From the NCBI GenBank assembly GCA_951406725.2, contig OX597815.1, positions 41,416,001-41,480,000 of the forward strand: a DNA stretch of 64,000 nucleotides, written 5' to 3'. The notes beneath the pieces were generated by a model that saw only the letters and a program-made list of their open reading frames with translations, was not told the origin of the DNA and made no database searches. Positions within the stretch are counted from its first letter, which is position 1, and every line of letters begins with the position of its first letter. Positions 12,249 through 26,230 of this stretch are shown here, piece by piece. A program made the position numbers and the translations under genes. This DNA is from Octopus vulgaris. Taxonomy: Eukaryota.

Positions 12249-13168
12249 CTCTAGGCCCACAGATAACTAACAAGACTCATCTATAAGGTCTGAGATTAGA
12301 TACCTTGTTCGAGAATCACATTGTCTTTGAGCCAAAGCATTTAACTACATGTTCTACATGTTGCTCCAGTCGGTTCTGCTGTCAAAAATGGTTATGATGA
12401 AGAGTACTCACTGAAACATCCAGTTAGCACAACATCATTGAGTTGGTGGTGCCACCAAAAGCCTTCAGGCATGAAAAGGTATACTTCCAGCTGTGGACTG
12501 TTATATCCTATCTTTTAAAGGTAGCAATCTTTATCAGGTTTATTTATCAGATCTTTATAAGCATACCAGATGCATTTGTTAATTGCTTCAATTAATAAAT
12601 GCTCTGGAAAATGAATATTCAAGAATACTTAAACCAAGGAATCAAGTAAAGAAGTTATTGCAATATTGGTAAAGAATAATTATAACAAATATGTTATATT
12701 TTGTACCAATATTTGAACCAGTGGTATGAAATACATATTGAAACCATTTGAACCATTTTCTTTTGAGATAGTAACAAACAAACTTTGCATTTGTTTAGGC
12801 ATACTATGAAGATAGGGGATAAAATATGATTAAGATTATGAAAGATCATCAAAAAATTAAGTTTAGGAAGATATCCACGAAGATACTGTCATAAGAAAAA
12901 ATTTGAAACTGGAAGAGAGATCTGAAGGTGAGTAGGTACTAGGTTTGAAAATATAGATCATAGACTCTGTGTGTGTGTGAATACAATTAAAAGGCAGGAA
13001 AATAGGTATTCATTAGTAAAAGTAGAGAGATGACTTATTGAAAGCTGAAACTTCACAAATCATTATAAATTTTTCATTACTGATCTTCAGGTGATTATTG
13101 AATATTGGCTAATATTTAAAGTGCAGACATAATGTTTTGAATAGTGCGACAAGCACAGGTTGGTTTAA

Positions 13169-13389
13169 CCCTTTAGCATCTAAACCGGCCATATCCGGCC
13201 CAAATATTCTACCTGTTCTATGTTCAAACTGGCAGGATCTGGCTTTGCACACTTATCCTACAATGTCATTCTAAGAATAAGCAATCACATCCTCAAAATT
13301 TCAATACTACGATGTGTTTGCATGATTAATTCAAAACAATTTGATTACATAAGCATTACATTTGACAGAATAATCTGAATACTAAAGGG
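13169..13389 (-). mobile_element. piggyBac-type MITE, 221 bp, inverted relative to the 9911 copy
   Basis: TTAA|CCCTTTAGCAT...ATACTAAAGGG|TTAA. Confidence 0.9.
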
Positions 13390-13449
13390 TTAATGAAGAT
13401 AAAAGATTATTATTGGGTGACAATACATATCCATTATTTTCAAGAAACA

Positions 13450-13666
13450 GGCAGCGAGCTGGCAGAATCATTAGCATGCCAGGCAAAATGCTTAGCAGTA
13501 TTTCATCTGCCGCTACATTCTGAGTTCAAATTCCAGCTAGGTTGACTTTACTTTTCATTCTTTCAAGGTTGATAAATTAAGTACCAGTTGAGTGTCGGTG
13601 TCAATATAATCAACTATCCCCCTCTTCCAAATTTCAGGCCTTGTGCTTAAAGTAGAAAGGATTATT
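13450..13666 (+). mobile_element. tRNA-derived SINE (family M, MetaSINE-like core)
   Basis: gcgagctggcagaa head, gagttcaaatt B box, gttgactttacttttcattctttcaaggttgataaattaagtaccag core. Confidence 0.85.
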
Positions 13667-14837
13667 TTGAGAAATAATTTTTTTTTTTGAAAATGCTTTT
13701 TTAGTACTAGTACACTAAGAAATTTTGTATCCAAGGGGGGACTTATTCTTCTATAGCATTACCTTCAATTGCTATTGTGGAATTGTGAATAGTGAATTGA
13801 ATACTTATACCATGGATGAATTGCATGGTTAGATTGTTACTTAAGCTAAATATTTGATAGGCTTGGGTATTGAATTAACACACATTCTAAGGGAAGGCTT
13901 TAGTTAATGAAATTTAAAGAATTGCGGCTTTAGTCTGTATGAATACTGAAGTGAGCGGCTGTTTAGCAGCATCTAGAAAAAGAATTTCACACGTTTTTAT
14001 TACATAGATAAAAAAAGCATGAATAATTTGCTGAATATATGATATCCGTGGGGCAGCTGATGATGGAGGTACATTGGATTGTTGGTATGGCTGTTTGTGT
14101 ATATGTGAAATAGTGTTATAATACATCCTTTTGATATATATATATATATAGCAAAGTGCATTGGTTTAATGTATGCTGTAATATACGTGTTGTTTGTATG
14201 GTTTGTATGAGTTCTGATGGAAAGCATATGGCTTAGTGCTTAGGATGGTTAGCTTCTGATCATATGGTTCTGGTTTTGATTCCAGATCTGCATTGCGTGT
14301 TGTGTTATTGAGCAAACTATTTCATTTCTGTTGTTCCACTCTACTCAGTTACAATGATTACCAGTTGAGTGTTGGTTCAGCCCACTCTTATCCAGCTGTT
14401 ACATATTTGATGTTCTGCTGGGTTGGACAAAGATGGAAGGACTGATAGTGTCTCTGCTTGCTCATGACTAAAGTCCTGGAGTCGATTTGTTCAACTAAGA
14501 TCCTTCTAGGTTCTGCCCCAGCACAGCGACAGTATAATGACTGAAACATCAAAAATGAAATAGAAATAGAGCTGACTTCTCAGAGACTGTTCCTTTATTG
14601 GAATTTAGACAACACAAGCTTAGTAGTTATATATTGGTGTACGTTAAAATATTGCACACATATGTGCAAGTATGAACATCATTGTATGTGTGGATCAGTA
14701 TGTTCTGACTTGCATATGGAACATGCACATGTTTTAACAAGTATTCTTTCATATTATGAGTATGTCCCCCAGATGTATTTATGCACTTATCACAAACTAG
14801 ACTTAAGAAAACGTTTACATATTTCTCAGTTGCATTA

Positions 14838-15200
14838 ATCATCATCATCATCATCATTGTTTAACGTCCGTTCTCCATGCTAGCATGGGTTGGACGGTTC
14901 GACCGGGGATCTGGGAAGCCAGAAGGCTGCACCAGGCTCCGGTCTTATCTGGCAATGTTTCTACAGCTGGATGCCCTTCCCAACGCCAACCATTCCGTGA
15001 GTGTAGTGGGTGCTTTTTACGTGCCACCTGCACTGGTGCCAGGCGAGGCTGGCATCGGCCACGGTCGGATTGGTGCATTTTACGTGCCACCTGCACGGAA
15101 GCCAGTCGAGGCAACACTGGCTTCGGTCACGATTTGGATGGTGCTTTTTACGTGCCACCGACACGGAAGCCAGTCGAGGCAGCGCTGGCATTGGCAATAA
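14838..15200 (-). mobile_element. RTE LINE 3' end with tandem units
   Basis: (atc)n tail and three ttttacgtgccacc units. Confidence 0.9.
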
Positions 15201-15901
15201 TAATCAGCCATGATTTTTCTGATTTTATAAAGCCCAGATTCTCAACATTAGTTCTAAGTATTCAAGTGTCCCAATAATTACAAGTATGAACCTACACTGC
15301 ATGTCAAATTACTAGGCAGCTCTGTTTTTTTTTTGTTTTTTTTGTCAGAATAACAGTATTTATTCATTTGAATCCAGACACTTTTCCACTGAATGATGGC
15401 AACATCTGCTTGTGCATACTGTAGTAAATATAAATTGGATCTGCACAGATGTAAACAAATGGCAGCCTTTTTCATGAAACAGCAACTATTTTACTGTCCT
15501 AAATTATTAGGCAGGTGCCCAATAAAAGTGTTCTTATGGGTCAAAAACGTGATTTAACATCAAAGCTCTGAAATGATGGTGGACTTCTTATATGACATCA
15601 TATTCTTGTATTATTTACATATTAAACATACTCTGTTCATTATGATTATATCTGTTATTAAGAATTGTCGCATTTAGTAAATGTTTCTTTTTGCTTAATT
15701 AGAATTTTTATTTGAGCTCCCCACTAATTTAGGAGGGTAAGAGTTACGCTTATGAACAAAAATGGCTGTTGTTTCGTTACGTATGGGTGGATAAGATTTA
15801 TTTTGGTGTAGGACATGCAGATAGGTGTTATCATCATGCAGCACAAAAATATCTGAATTCAAACAAGTAATTACTGTTATACCGAAGAAACTGAGCTGCC
15901 T

Positions 15902-15902
15902 A

Positions 15903-15967
<65 letters not shown>

Positions 15968-17629
15968 ATATGTATGTATATGTATATATATATGTATGTA
16001 TGTATGTATGTATATATGTATGTATATGTATATATATATGTATGTATATGTATATAGGTATGTATATGTATATAGGTATGTATATGTATATATATATGTG
16101 TATGTATATATGTATATAGGTATGTATATGTATATATATATGTGTATGTATATATATATATGTGTGTATATATACATGTATATATATATATGTGTGTATA
16201 TATACATGTATATATATATTTGCATATATACATGTGTATATATATTTGCATATATACATGTATATCTATGTGCATATATACATGTATATCTATGTGTATA
16301 TTTACATGTATATATATGTGTATATTTACATGTATATATATGTGTATATTTACATGTATATATATGTGTATATTTACATGTATATATATATTTGCATATA
16401 TACATGTATATATATGTGTGTATATTTACATGTATATATATATGTGTATATTTACATGTATATATATGTGTGTATATTTACATGTATATATATGTGTATA
16501 TATACATGTAAATATATATATATGTGTATATATACATGTATATATATATATATGTGTATATATACATGTATATATATATATGTGTATATATACATGTATA
16601 TATATATATATGTGTATATATACATGTATATATATATATGTGCATATATACATGTATATATATATATGTGTATATATACATGTATATATATATATGTGTA
16701 TATATACATGTATATATATATATGTGTGTATATTTACATGTATATATATGTGTGTATATTTACATGTATATATATGTGTATATATACATGTATATATGTG
16801 TGTATATGTGTATATATATATGTATGTGTATATATATGTATGTGTATATATATGTATGTGTATATATATGTGTGTATATATATATATATATGTATGTGTA
16901 TATATATATATGTGTATATATATATATATATATGTATGTGTATATATATATGTATGTGTATATATATGTATGTGTATATATATGTATATATGTATATATG
17001 TGTGTATGTGTGTATATGTATATATGTGTGTATATGTATATATATGTATATATGTGTATATGTACATATATGTGTATATATATGTATATGTATATATATG
17101 TACATATATGTATATATATATGTACATATATGTATATATATATGTGTATATATATGTATATATATATGTGTATATATATGTACATATATGTATATATATA
17201 TGTGTATATATATGTACATATATGTGTATATATATGTACATATATGTATATATATATATGTGTATATATATGTACATATATGTGTATATATATGTATGTG
17301 TACATATATGTATATATGTATGTGTACATATATGTATATATATATGTGTATATATATGTATATGTATGTGTATATATATGTATATGTATGTGTATATATA
17401 TGTATATGTATGTGTATATATATGTATATGTATGTGTATATATATGTATGTATGTGTATATATATGTATATGTATGTGTATATATATGTATGTATGTGTA
17501 TATATATGTATGTATGTGTATATATATGTATGTATGTGTATATATATGTATGTATGTGTATATATATGTATGTATATGTATATATATGTATGTATGTATA
17601 TGTATGTGTATATATATGTATATGTATAT
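15902..17629. repeat. 1.7-kb compound (TA)/(TG) micro/minisatellite
   Basis: Higher-order units such as tgtatatttacatgtatatata and tgtatgtatgtgtatatata. Confidence 0.97.
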
Positions 17630-17895
17630 AGGAGTGGCTGTGTGGTAAGTAGTTTGCTTACCAACCACATGGTTCTAGGTTCATTCCCACTGGATGGCAC
17701 TTTGGGCAAGTGTCTTCTACTATAGCCTTGGGTCGAACAAAACCTTCTGAATGTATTTGGTAGATGGAAACTGAAAGAAGCCCATCTTATATATATATAT
17801 ATGTGTGTGTGTATTTGTGTGTCCTGGAGTCGATTTGCTCAACTAAAGGTGGTGCACCAGCATGGCCAAAGTCAAATGGCCGAAACAAGTAAAAG
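17630..17895 (+). mobile_element. SINE family D
   Basis: ggagtggctgtgtggtaagtag head, ggttcattccc B box, tail cagcatggcc...gaaacaagtaaaagat. Confidence 0.85.
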
Positions 17896-17905
17896 ATATA
17901 TATAT

Positions 17906-18140
17906 CCCTCCAGCTGGATGGGATGCCAGTCCATCGCAGCATTACTCAAGAAACAGGAAGAAAGTGTGAGAGAAAGTTGTTGCAAAAGAGTATAACAGAT
18001 GTTGCCACCACCCCCTGCCGGAGCCTCGTAGAGCCTTAGGTGTTTTCACTCAACAAACACACACGACGCCCAGTCTGGGAATCGAAACCACAATCCTCCA
18101 CCCATGAGTCCGCTGTCCTAACTACTGGGCCATTGCGCCT
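17906..18140 (-). mobile_element. SINE family A
   Basis: Reverse-complement homology to 10637-10870. Confidence 0.8.
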
Positions 18141-19126
18141 CTATATATATATATATGCTATAAATTTAGCTCATTTTAGCAACTGTTTATTTTATTTTCT
18201 GTTAATTTTAAATCGTTACAACTTAATACTTTACTGGTCTATTTTAGTTCATTCTTGCATATATTATTAGCAATCATTGTTGCATTCTGTAATCAGATTG
18301 GTACAAACATATACAATGAAATATTTTTAGAGTAGTCGACTGATCTCTCACTTAAAATCCTATTTTGACAAACAATCATTGGTCCACACTATTGCATATA
18401 ACATGACTTAATTTGTACTTGTACAGTTATATAATTTTAATCTTTCATAATTTGTGATTAAACAAAGATTTAGCAAGTTCTCCCACCTTTTGAAAACTTA
18501 TTAGTACATGCATTAATTTAAACTCTTAATTTATCTGTGATGTTCTCTACAAAAATGTATGCCATTTACTATAGACTCATTCTTTACTATTCATGCTTCT
18601 TTCTCAGCTTGTCATTATAACACTTCTGTGTATCTTTTTGTCACAGTGTAAGCATGCTCACATATTTAGCTACTCATTTTTCAATTGTATCTCTAGTTCT
18701 TTCTCCTAACCATCTGTTTTGCAGCTTTAAAACCCCCGTAAGATCTCTCTCTCTTTACATCTCCTTTCTCCCTCTTACATGCAATGTGACTTTGTTCTAT
18801 GTACGGCCACTTGTTTTTACATATAAAGTTTCTTAGAGAAACGGTACCCTCCTGTAATATTTGTTACAGATGTAGAATATAACTGTCTCATTGCTTTAAC
18901 TATAATCCCTTTGGTCCTAGATCTGTCATATCAAATCTTAGAATACACATCCTGTGCCAAAGCATACACATATCTTTTAACCACATTGTACAGATGCATG
19001 TTAAATATTCTGGCTGCTGAGTTAGGTGCCTGACAGATTTTTTTTTTCTTTAAGTATACATTTCTAGACAAGACACAACCTTGTGCTCTTTGTCGCATGA
19101 AGTGCATTTAGCTGTCAAAGAATGTC

Positions 19127-20550
<1,424 letters not shown>

Positions 20551-20588
20551 AGCCTCAACCACTAGGATGTCTAGAGAACTCACATGTA

Positions 20589-20679
20589 TTTTAGCTGATG
20601 AGTACGGGACACGTTTATATGCTGTAATTTTTGCAACTTTTAATAAAACCTGTCCTTGTATGAAACGATTGTACTAAAA
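20589..20679 (+). ncRNA. Type I hammerhead ribozyme (Penelope/retrozyme type)
   Basis: Stem I TTTTAG (20589-94) / CTAAAA (20674-79); core CTGATGA (20595-601); stem II GTACGGGACA.GTTT / AAAC.TGTCCTTGTAT; GAAA (20662-65); minimal stem III CGATTG; GUA triplet ending at 20673. Confidence 0.8.
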
Positions 20680-20710
20680 ACCTATCCATTCTTGTTGCTT
20701 CATTCTCGCT

Positions 20711-20983
20711 TATATACACATATATATATACACATATATATATACACATATATATATATACACATATATATATACACATATATATATACACATATATATA
20801 TACACATATATATATATACACATATATATATACACATATATATATACACATATATATATATACACATATATATATACACATATATATATATACACATATA
20901 TATATACACATATATATATATACACATATATATATACACATATATATATACACATATATATATACAGATATACATATACATAT
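20711..20983. repeat. (TATATACACA)-type microsatellite
   Basis: Direct inspection. Confidence 0.95.
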
Positions 20984-20986
20984 AAA

Positions 20987-21320
20987 GACCCCCTTCGGTC
21001 ATGAATGACCATGGGATTGCACCTAGAAAGTTACCCTCCTAGACACAAGTCCGGGCAAGGTTGTTTATGGAAGACCAGCAGTCGCCCATGCATACCAGCC
21101 TCCCCTCTCCACGCCACCAGTGTTATCCAAGGGAAAGACAAAGGTCGATACAGCTTGGCACCAGTGACGTCGCAACTCATTTCTACAGCTGAGTGAACTG
21201 GAGCAACGTGAAATAAAGTGCCTTGCTCAAGAACACAACACGCAGCCCGGTCCGGGATTCAAGCTCACAACCTCACGATCGTAAGCTCAACGCTCTAACC
21301 ACTGAGCCATGTGCCTTCAC
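20987..21320 (-). mobile_element. CORE-like SINE (family C), full length
   Basis: Minus strand reads gtgaaggcacatggctcagtggttagagcg...catgaccgaagggggtc. Confidence 0.9.
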
Positions 21321-21368
21321 TTATACATATATATATACATATATACATATACATATACATATATACAT

Positions 21369-21412
<44 letters not shown>

Positions 21413-21967
21413 ATATAAATAATAATATATGCATATATACATACATATATGTACATACCTACATATATATGTATATATACATGCATATATGGGTACAGGA
21501 TGTCAAAAAAACGTTGAACACAATGAGAAAGGAAAGCATAAAAACAAAAACATACAAACAAACTTTTTTCGGAAAACAAAAAAACAAACAAACAGAAACG
21601 AGACGTACAACATAAAGAATATTCCCCTTCTTCAGTTGTCCCCATTTCAATTACTCCACGTTTCGAAGGCAAGTACACACACTCACACACACATATATAT
21701 ATAAAATGTGTGATATACAAAGCTTCTATTCTTTTGCCTACATTTTTCAATAATAGATATAAACCATTTCCCCTGTTAATATATATTTTTGAGTATGCTA
21801 TTTTGAATTCTTGTGGCCATTTTCTCCTGTGAATTCATTGCTTTGGAATCCTTGAACTGTTATTATCCATTGTGACAAAAGTATACGACCGAAGTTACTT
21901 ATCATTTGATGGATAACACTTTAAGATATATATACACAGACACACACACATAAACACATATATATAG

Positions 21968-22008
<41 letters not shown>

Positions 22009-22011
<3 letters not shown>

Positions 22012-23455
22012 TAGTTAACCAGGTGATACACGAAGGAGTCATACCCAATGACTAGTGTAGCAGCATAATAGTCAATTGCTACAAAGGTAAAGGTGATGCC
22101 CTAGATACAAATAACTACAGGGGTATCAAGCTGCTGGATCAGGTAATGAAGGTTACGGAGAGGGTTATAGCCCAACTAATTAGAGAGAGAGTTAGCCTAG
22201 ATGAGATGCAGTTTGGGTTCATGCCAGGGAAAAGTACTACTGATGCTATATTCCTGGTAAGACAGCTGCAGGAGAAATACCTAGCCAGAGATAAGCCCCT
22301 GTACCTGGCTTTTGTTGATATGGAGAAAGCCTTTGACAGGGTCCCTCAATCCCTTATCTGGTGGTCAATGAGGAAACTAGGGATAGATGAATGGTTAGTG
22401 AGAGCTGTGCGTGCCATGTACAGAGATGCTGCTAGTAAGGTTAGGGTTGGCAACGAGTACAGTGAAAAATTCCGGGTAGAGGTTGGGGTCCACCAAGGTT
22501 CAGTCCTCAGTCCCCTCCTATTTATCATAGTCCTCCAGGCAATAACAGAGAAATTCAAGACAGGATGCCCCTGGGAGCTCCTCTATGCTGATGACCTTGC
22601 TCTAATTGCTGAGTCACTATCAGAACTGGAGGAGAAGTTTCAGGCGTGGAAGCAAGGATTAGAATCGAAGGGCCTTAGAATCAACCTAGCCAAACCAAAG
22701 TCCTAATAAGTAGGAATGTAGACCAATCACAAACACCTTCAGGTAGATGGCCCTGCTCGATCTGTAAAAAAGGTGTAGGTAGAAACTCTATAAGGTGCAC
22801 CAAGTGTAAGCTATGGACATATAAGAGGTGCAGCAATGTCAAAGGAAGGCTAACTAGGAAAATAGTTTTTGTCTGTGGCAGATGCTCAGGAGCAATAAAC
22901 ACTGAAAATGTGCAGAGACTAACTTCTACCACGTTCCAGGGAGAAAAACTAGAAGTAGTTGGTAGCTTCCGCTACCTAGGTGACCAAGTCAGTAGCTGGG
23001 GTGCGTGTGCTGAAAGTGTAACTGCTAGAGTAAGAATAGCCTGGGCAAAGTTCAGAGAGCTCTTACCCCTGCTGGTGACAAAAGGCCTCTCGCTCAGAGT
23101 AAAAGGCAGACTGTATGATGCATGTGTACGAACAGCCATGCTACGTGGTAGTAAAACATGGGCTGTGATTGCTGAGAATATGCATAAGCTCGCAAGAAAT
23201 GAAGCCAGTATGCTCCGATGGATGTGTGATGTCAGTGTTCATAATCGACAGAGTGTAAGTACCTTGAGAGAAAAGTTGGACCTAAGAAGCATCAGTTGTG
23301 GTGTGCAAGAGAGACGTTTGCGCTGGTATGGTCATGTGACGAGAATGGCTGATGATAGTTGTGTGCAAAAGCAGCCTTCTGGCTTCACAGACCCCAGTTG
23401 AACCGTCCAACCCATGCTAGCATGGAAAGCGGACGCTAAATGATGATGATGATGA
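22009..23455 (+). mobile_element. RTE-clade LINE, 5'-truncated, RT pseudogene joined to its (GAT)n tail
   Basis: ORF 22146-22706 (QFGFMPGKSTTDAIF, DMEKAFDRV, GVHQGSVLSPLLF, YADD), frameshift, ORF 22910-23401 ([13 protein letters not shown]); flanked on both sides by (TA)n. Confidence 0.96.
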
Positions 23456-23562
23456 CATACATATATATATATACATACATATATATATATACATATATAT
23501 ATATACATACATATATATATATACATATATATATATATACATACATATATATATATATATAT

Positions 23563-23607
<45 letters not shown>

Positions 23608-23642
23608 CACATATATATACATATATACACACACATACATAT

Positions 23643-23683
<41 letters not shown>

Positions 23684-23728
23684 CATACATATATATATAT
23701 ATATATTCATATACACACACATATATAT
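23456..23728. repeat. (AT)n/(AC) microsatellite
   Basis: Direct inspection. Confidence 0.95.
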
Positions 23729-23810
23729 AACCAACTAGCCCCCTCCCCCAAAGTTTCAGGCCTTGTGCCTATATTAGAAAGTGGATACAAGTGATGAGAT
23801 GAAAATGAGG

Positions 23811-23847
<37 letters not shown>

Positions 23848-24242
23848 TATATATGAGAGAGGGAGAGAACTAAAACATTTACTCATAAGTTGCTCTATTT
23901 TAGTACAACAAAAATATTGAATGCAATACATACGAGTCAATGCAGTGTATTTATGTAAGTGGATAAAAAAATCTATAGTTATCTAAAATTTCATCTGACT
24001 ACTATTAAAGCATTATGTTATAGCAGGTTTATATATATATGTATATAAGCTTTGTTCTGCACATTCCCACCACCTTAACCCTCTTTAGTAAGGGGACCTC
24101 CACCACAGTATAAATCAACAAACGAAATATGTTGCTAAAATAAAGGGTGGGTGGAGTGATATATTTAACAGCTAAAATGACATGTATTGCTCAGCTGGAA
24201 CTTTATTTCTCTTTTTTTCCACCCCTAAATTTCTTCCTCCAG

Positions 24243-24350
24243 ATTTGCTGTTTGGATTATTTAGCTAAAAACAATCGCTGTGTAAATTGGCTTGCATTGT
24301 TGAGCATTTTGTCTAGTATTTCATAATGTAGCATGACAGACTGCTTATAA
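24243..24350 (+). other. Candidate non-coding exon
   Basis: Pyrimidine tract with branch-like ccctaaat and ttcttcctccAG acceptor; GTAAGTA donor at 24351; stops in all three frames. Confidence 0.35.
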
Positions 24351-25030
24351 GTAAGTATCCAACAGGGTCTGACCTCTTAAGCGCAATGGTAATGAGATTA
24401 ACTTAAGAGTATTGTCTTATCTGTTGCACATTTTATCAAAGAAAATATTTTCTAACACCTAAATAACCCCAAAGAGTATATTATGTGAATGCAATATGTG
24501 CAAAACATGCAAGTAGTTGTTACTGCTGTTTACATTGGCTGTTTGTTTTACAAAAGTCTCTTTTATTTTTTCATTTGTTAGAAACAGATTATCTTTCAAT
24601 AGTTAACTGATGGCAGTGATGAGGCTTAAATATTTGATTTTAATTTGTGAAAGTTTTTCTAGATTGTTTCAAAACAAAATAAAGTTATTTTAATTCATCT
24701 CAATTAGAAGAACATTTTCTTTCTGATTACTCAAACTTTCATTTCGTTGAAAGAAATTTGTCAACTGTAAAATTTAATATTAATATATCTTAATTTTCAA
24801 CTATTTCATTACTTTTTATTATTCACTGTATTAATAATACTTGTGCAGTTGGTCATCAGTACATTTTCATTCAATTTGGTTCAGTTGATGGTCTTTCAAA
24901 TTCGCTTTTCATCAGTTCGCTATTTGTGAATTAATTTAAAAGCCATTTTCATTGGTATTGCTGTAGGAATCAAATGACTCTTTCAAGGTCACCATACAAA
25001 CATCTTTTTTTTTAATTACTGAGTCTGGAA

Positions 25031-25240
25031 AAGCAGAAAGCTAGCAAAATTGTTAGCATATCAGACAGAATGCTTAATGGCATTTCTTCCAGCCTTTTGC
25101 GTTTTGAATTCAAATTCCACTGAGGTTGTCTTTGCCTTTCATCCTTTCGAGGTTGATAAAATATGTACTAGTTGAGCACTGGGGTTGATGTAATCAACTA
25201 GTCCTCTCCCTCAGTATTTCAGGTTTTGTACCTATAATAG
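25031..25240 (+). mobile_element. SINE family M
   Basis: ttcaaattccactgaggttgtctttgcctttcatcctttcgaggttgataaa core. Confidence 0.85.
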
Positions 25241-25259
25241 GTTTAAAGAGAAAGGCTGG

Positions 25260-26230
25260 GCCCTTGATCTTCTCATGTCATCCTAGACTGATGAGATTGA
25301 GGTCATAAATATTACTCTTGATCATTTGCAACTGAACACCTGTGGGACAGATGAGCAGGGAAAGGGTTCCAGGAGACTAAAGTCCTGAGAAAGATTTATA
25401 CAGGACCTGAGGAATTGAGCATCACAAGAGCCATGAGTGGAGGAGAGATGAGTGGGTTCAAAATGACCAAGAGGAAGTGACAGGAACCTAGCCAATTCCA
25501 ATAAGCAGAAGCTATTATAGTAGGAATAGAAAACACAGAGAGTAGACAGCATAACCATGGCTAAAATTTTGAGCATGCCTGTGAGTGTGTACCTTTAACA
25601 CAAACAATTGATTGACCCTTTTCTGGAAATGGTCTGTGAGTTGTGTAACAACAGCAACCATTCCAAATGTAAGAGCAATACTCCATTTTGGGCTTCACTT
25701 GATCAATTATTGGAAGCTGAAGTATCTTCTGGTCCTGAAGAGAAGGGTCAGATACAGTCCCAGGGAGAGAGTTCTGGTGATTGAGAGGCCCAACATTTGG
25801 ATTGATTGTGAGAATTCTGGTTGCATGCAGATTATGATTAAGGGGAGGTGCTCTCTTCATGAGTAGTATTATACATCAGCCCTAAGAATAGAAATTACAC
25901 AAAAAGAGAGTACCTCAAAATAGAAATTTACCAGAAAAGATCTGGATAAATGAAAGATAGCTATTAATGATGCTGAACAACAAGCAAAACTAGCTGTGGA
26001 AAGAAATTGTTCATAGGTAATGGTCACTAAAAAATGACATGGCACAGAAATAACATCTCCCAAAAGGTTCCTAGCATTAAGAATCTTTATCCTTAAAATT
26101 ATGTTGATTTCAAGTATCATTGATAAGAGCATCAAGCTTAAAAATTGTTCTTATGAGTTAATCAAAGGAACGATAGCAGTACCCATAATTTTTGCAGGAC
26201 CTCGAAGAGTAATGGTAAGGAGAAACTGAG
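25260..26230 (-). mobile_element. Decayed CR1/Jockey-group LINE RT C-terminus
   Basis: Minus ORF 25561-25860 contains QVKPKMEYCSYIWNG, matching the post-RT motif VRPxLEYCSxVW; boundaries approximate. Confidence 0.65.

Noticed and set aside
15770-15845. Minus-strand ATGATGA...CGAAACAACAGCC
   Set aside because: Core positions are mutated and there is no stem I or II pairing.
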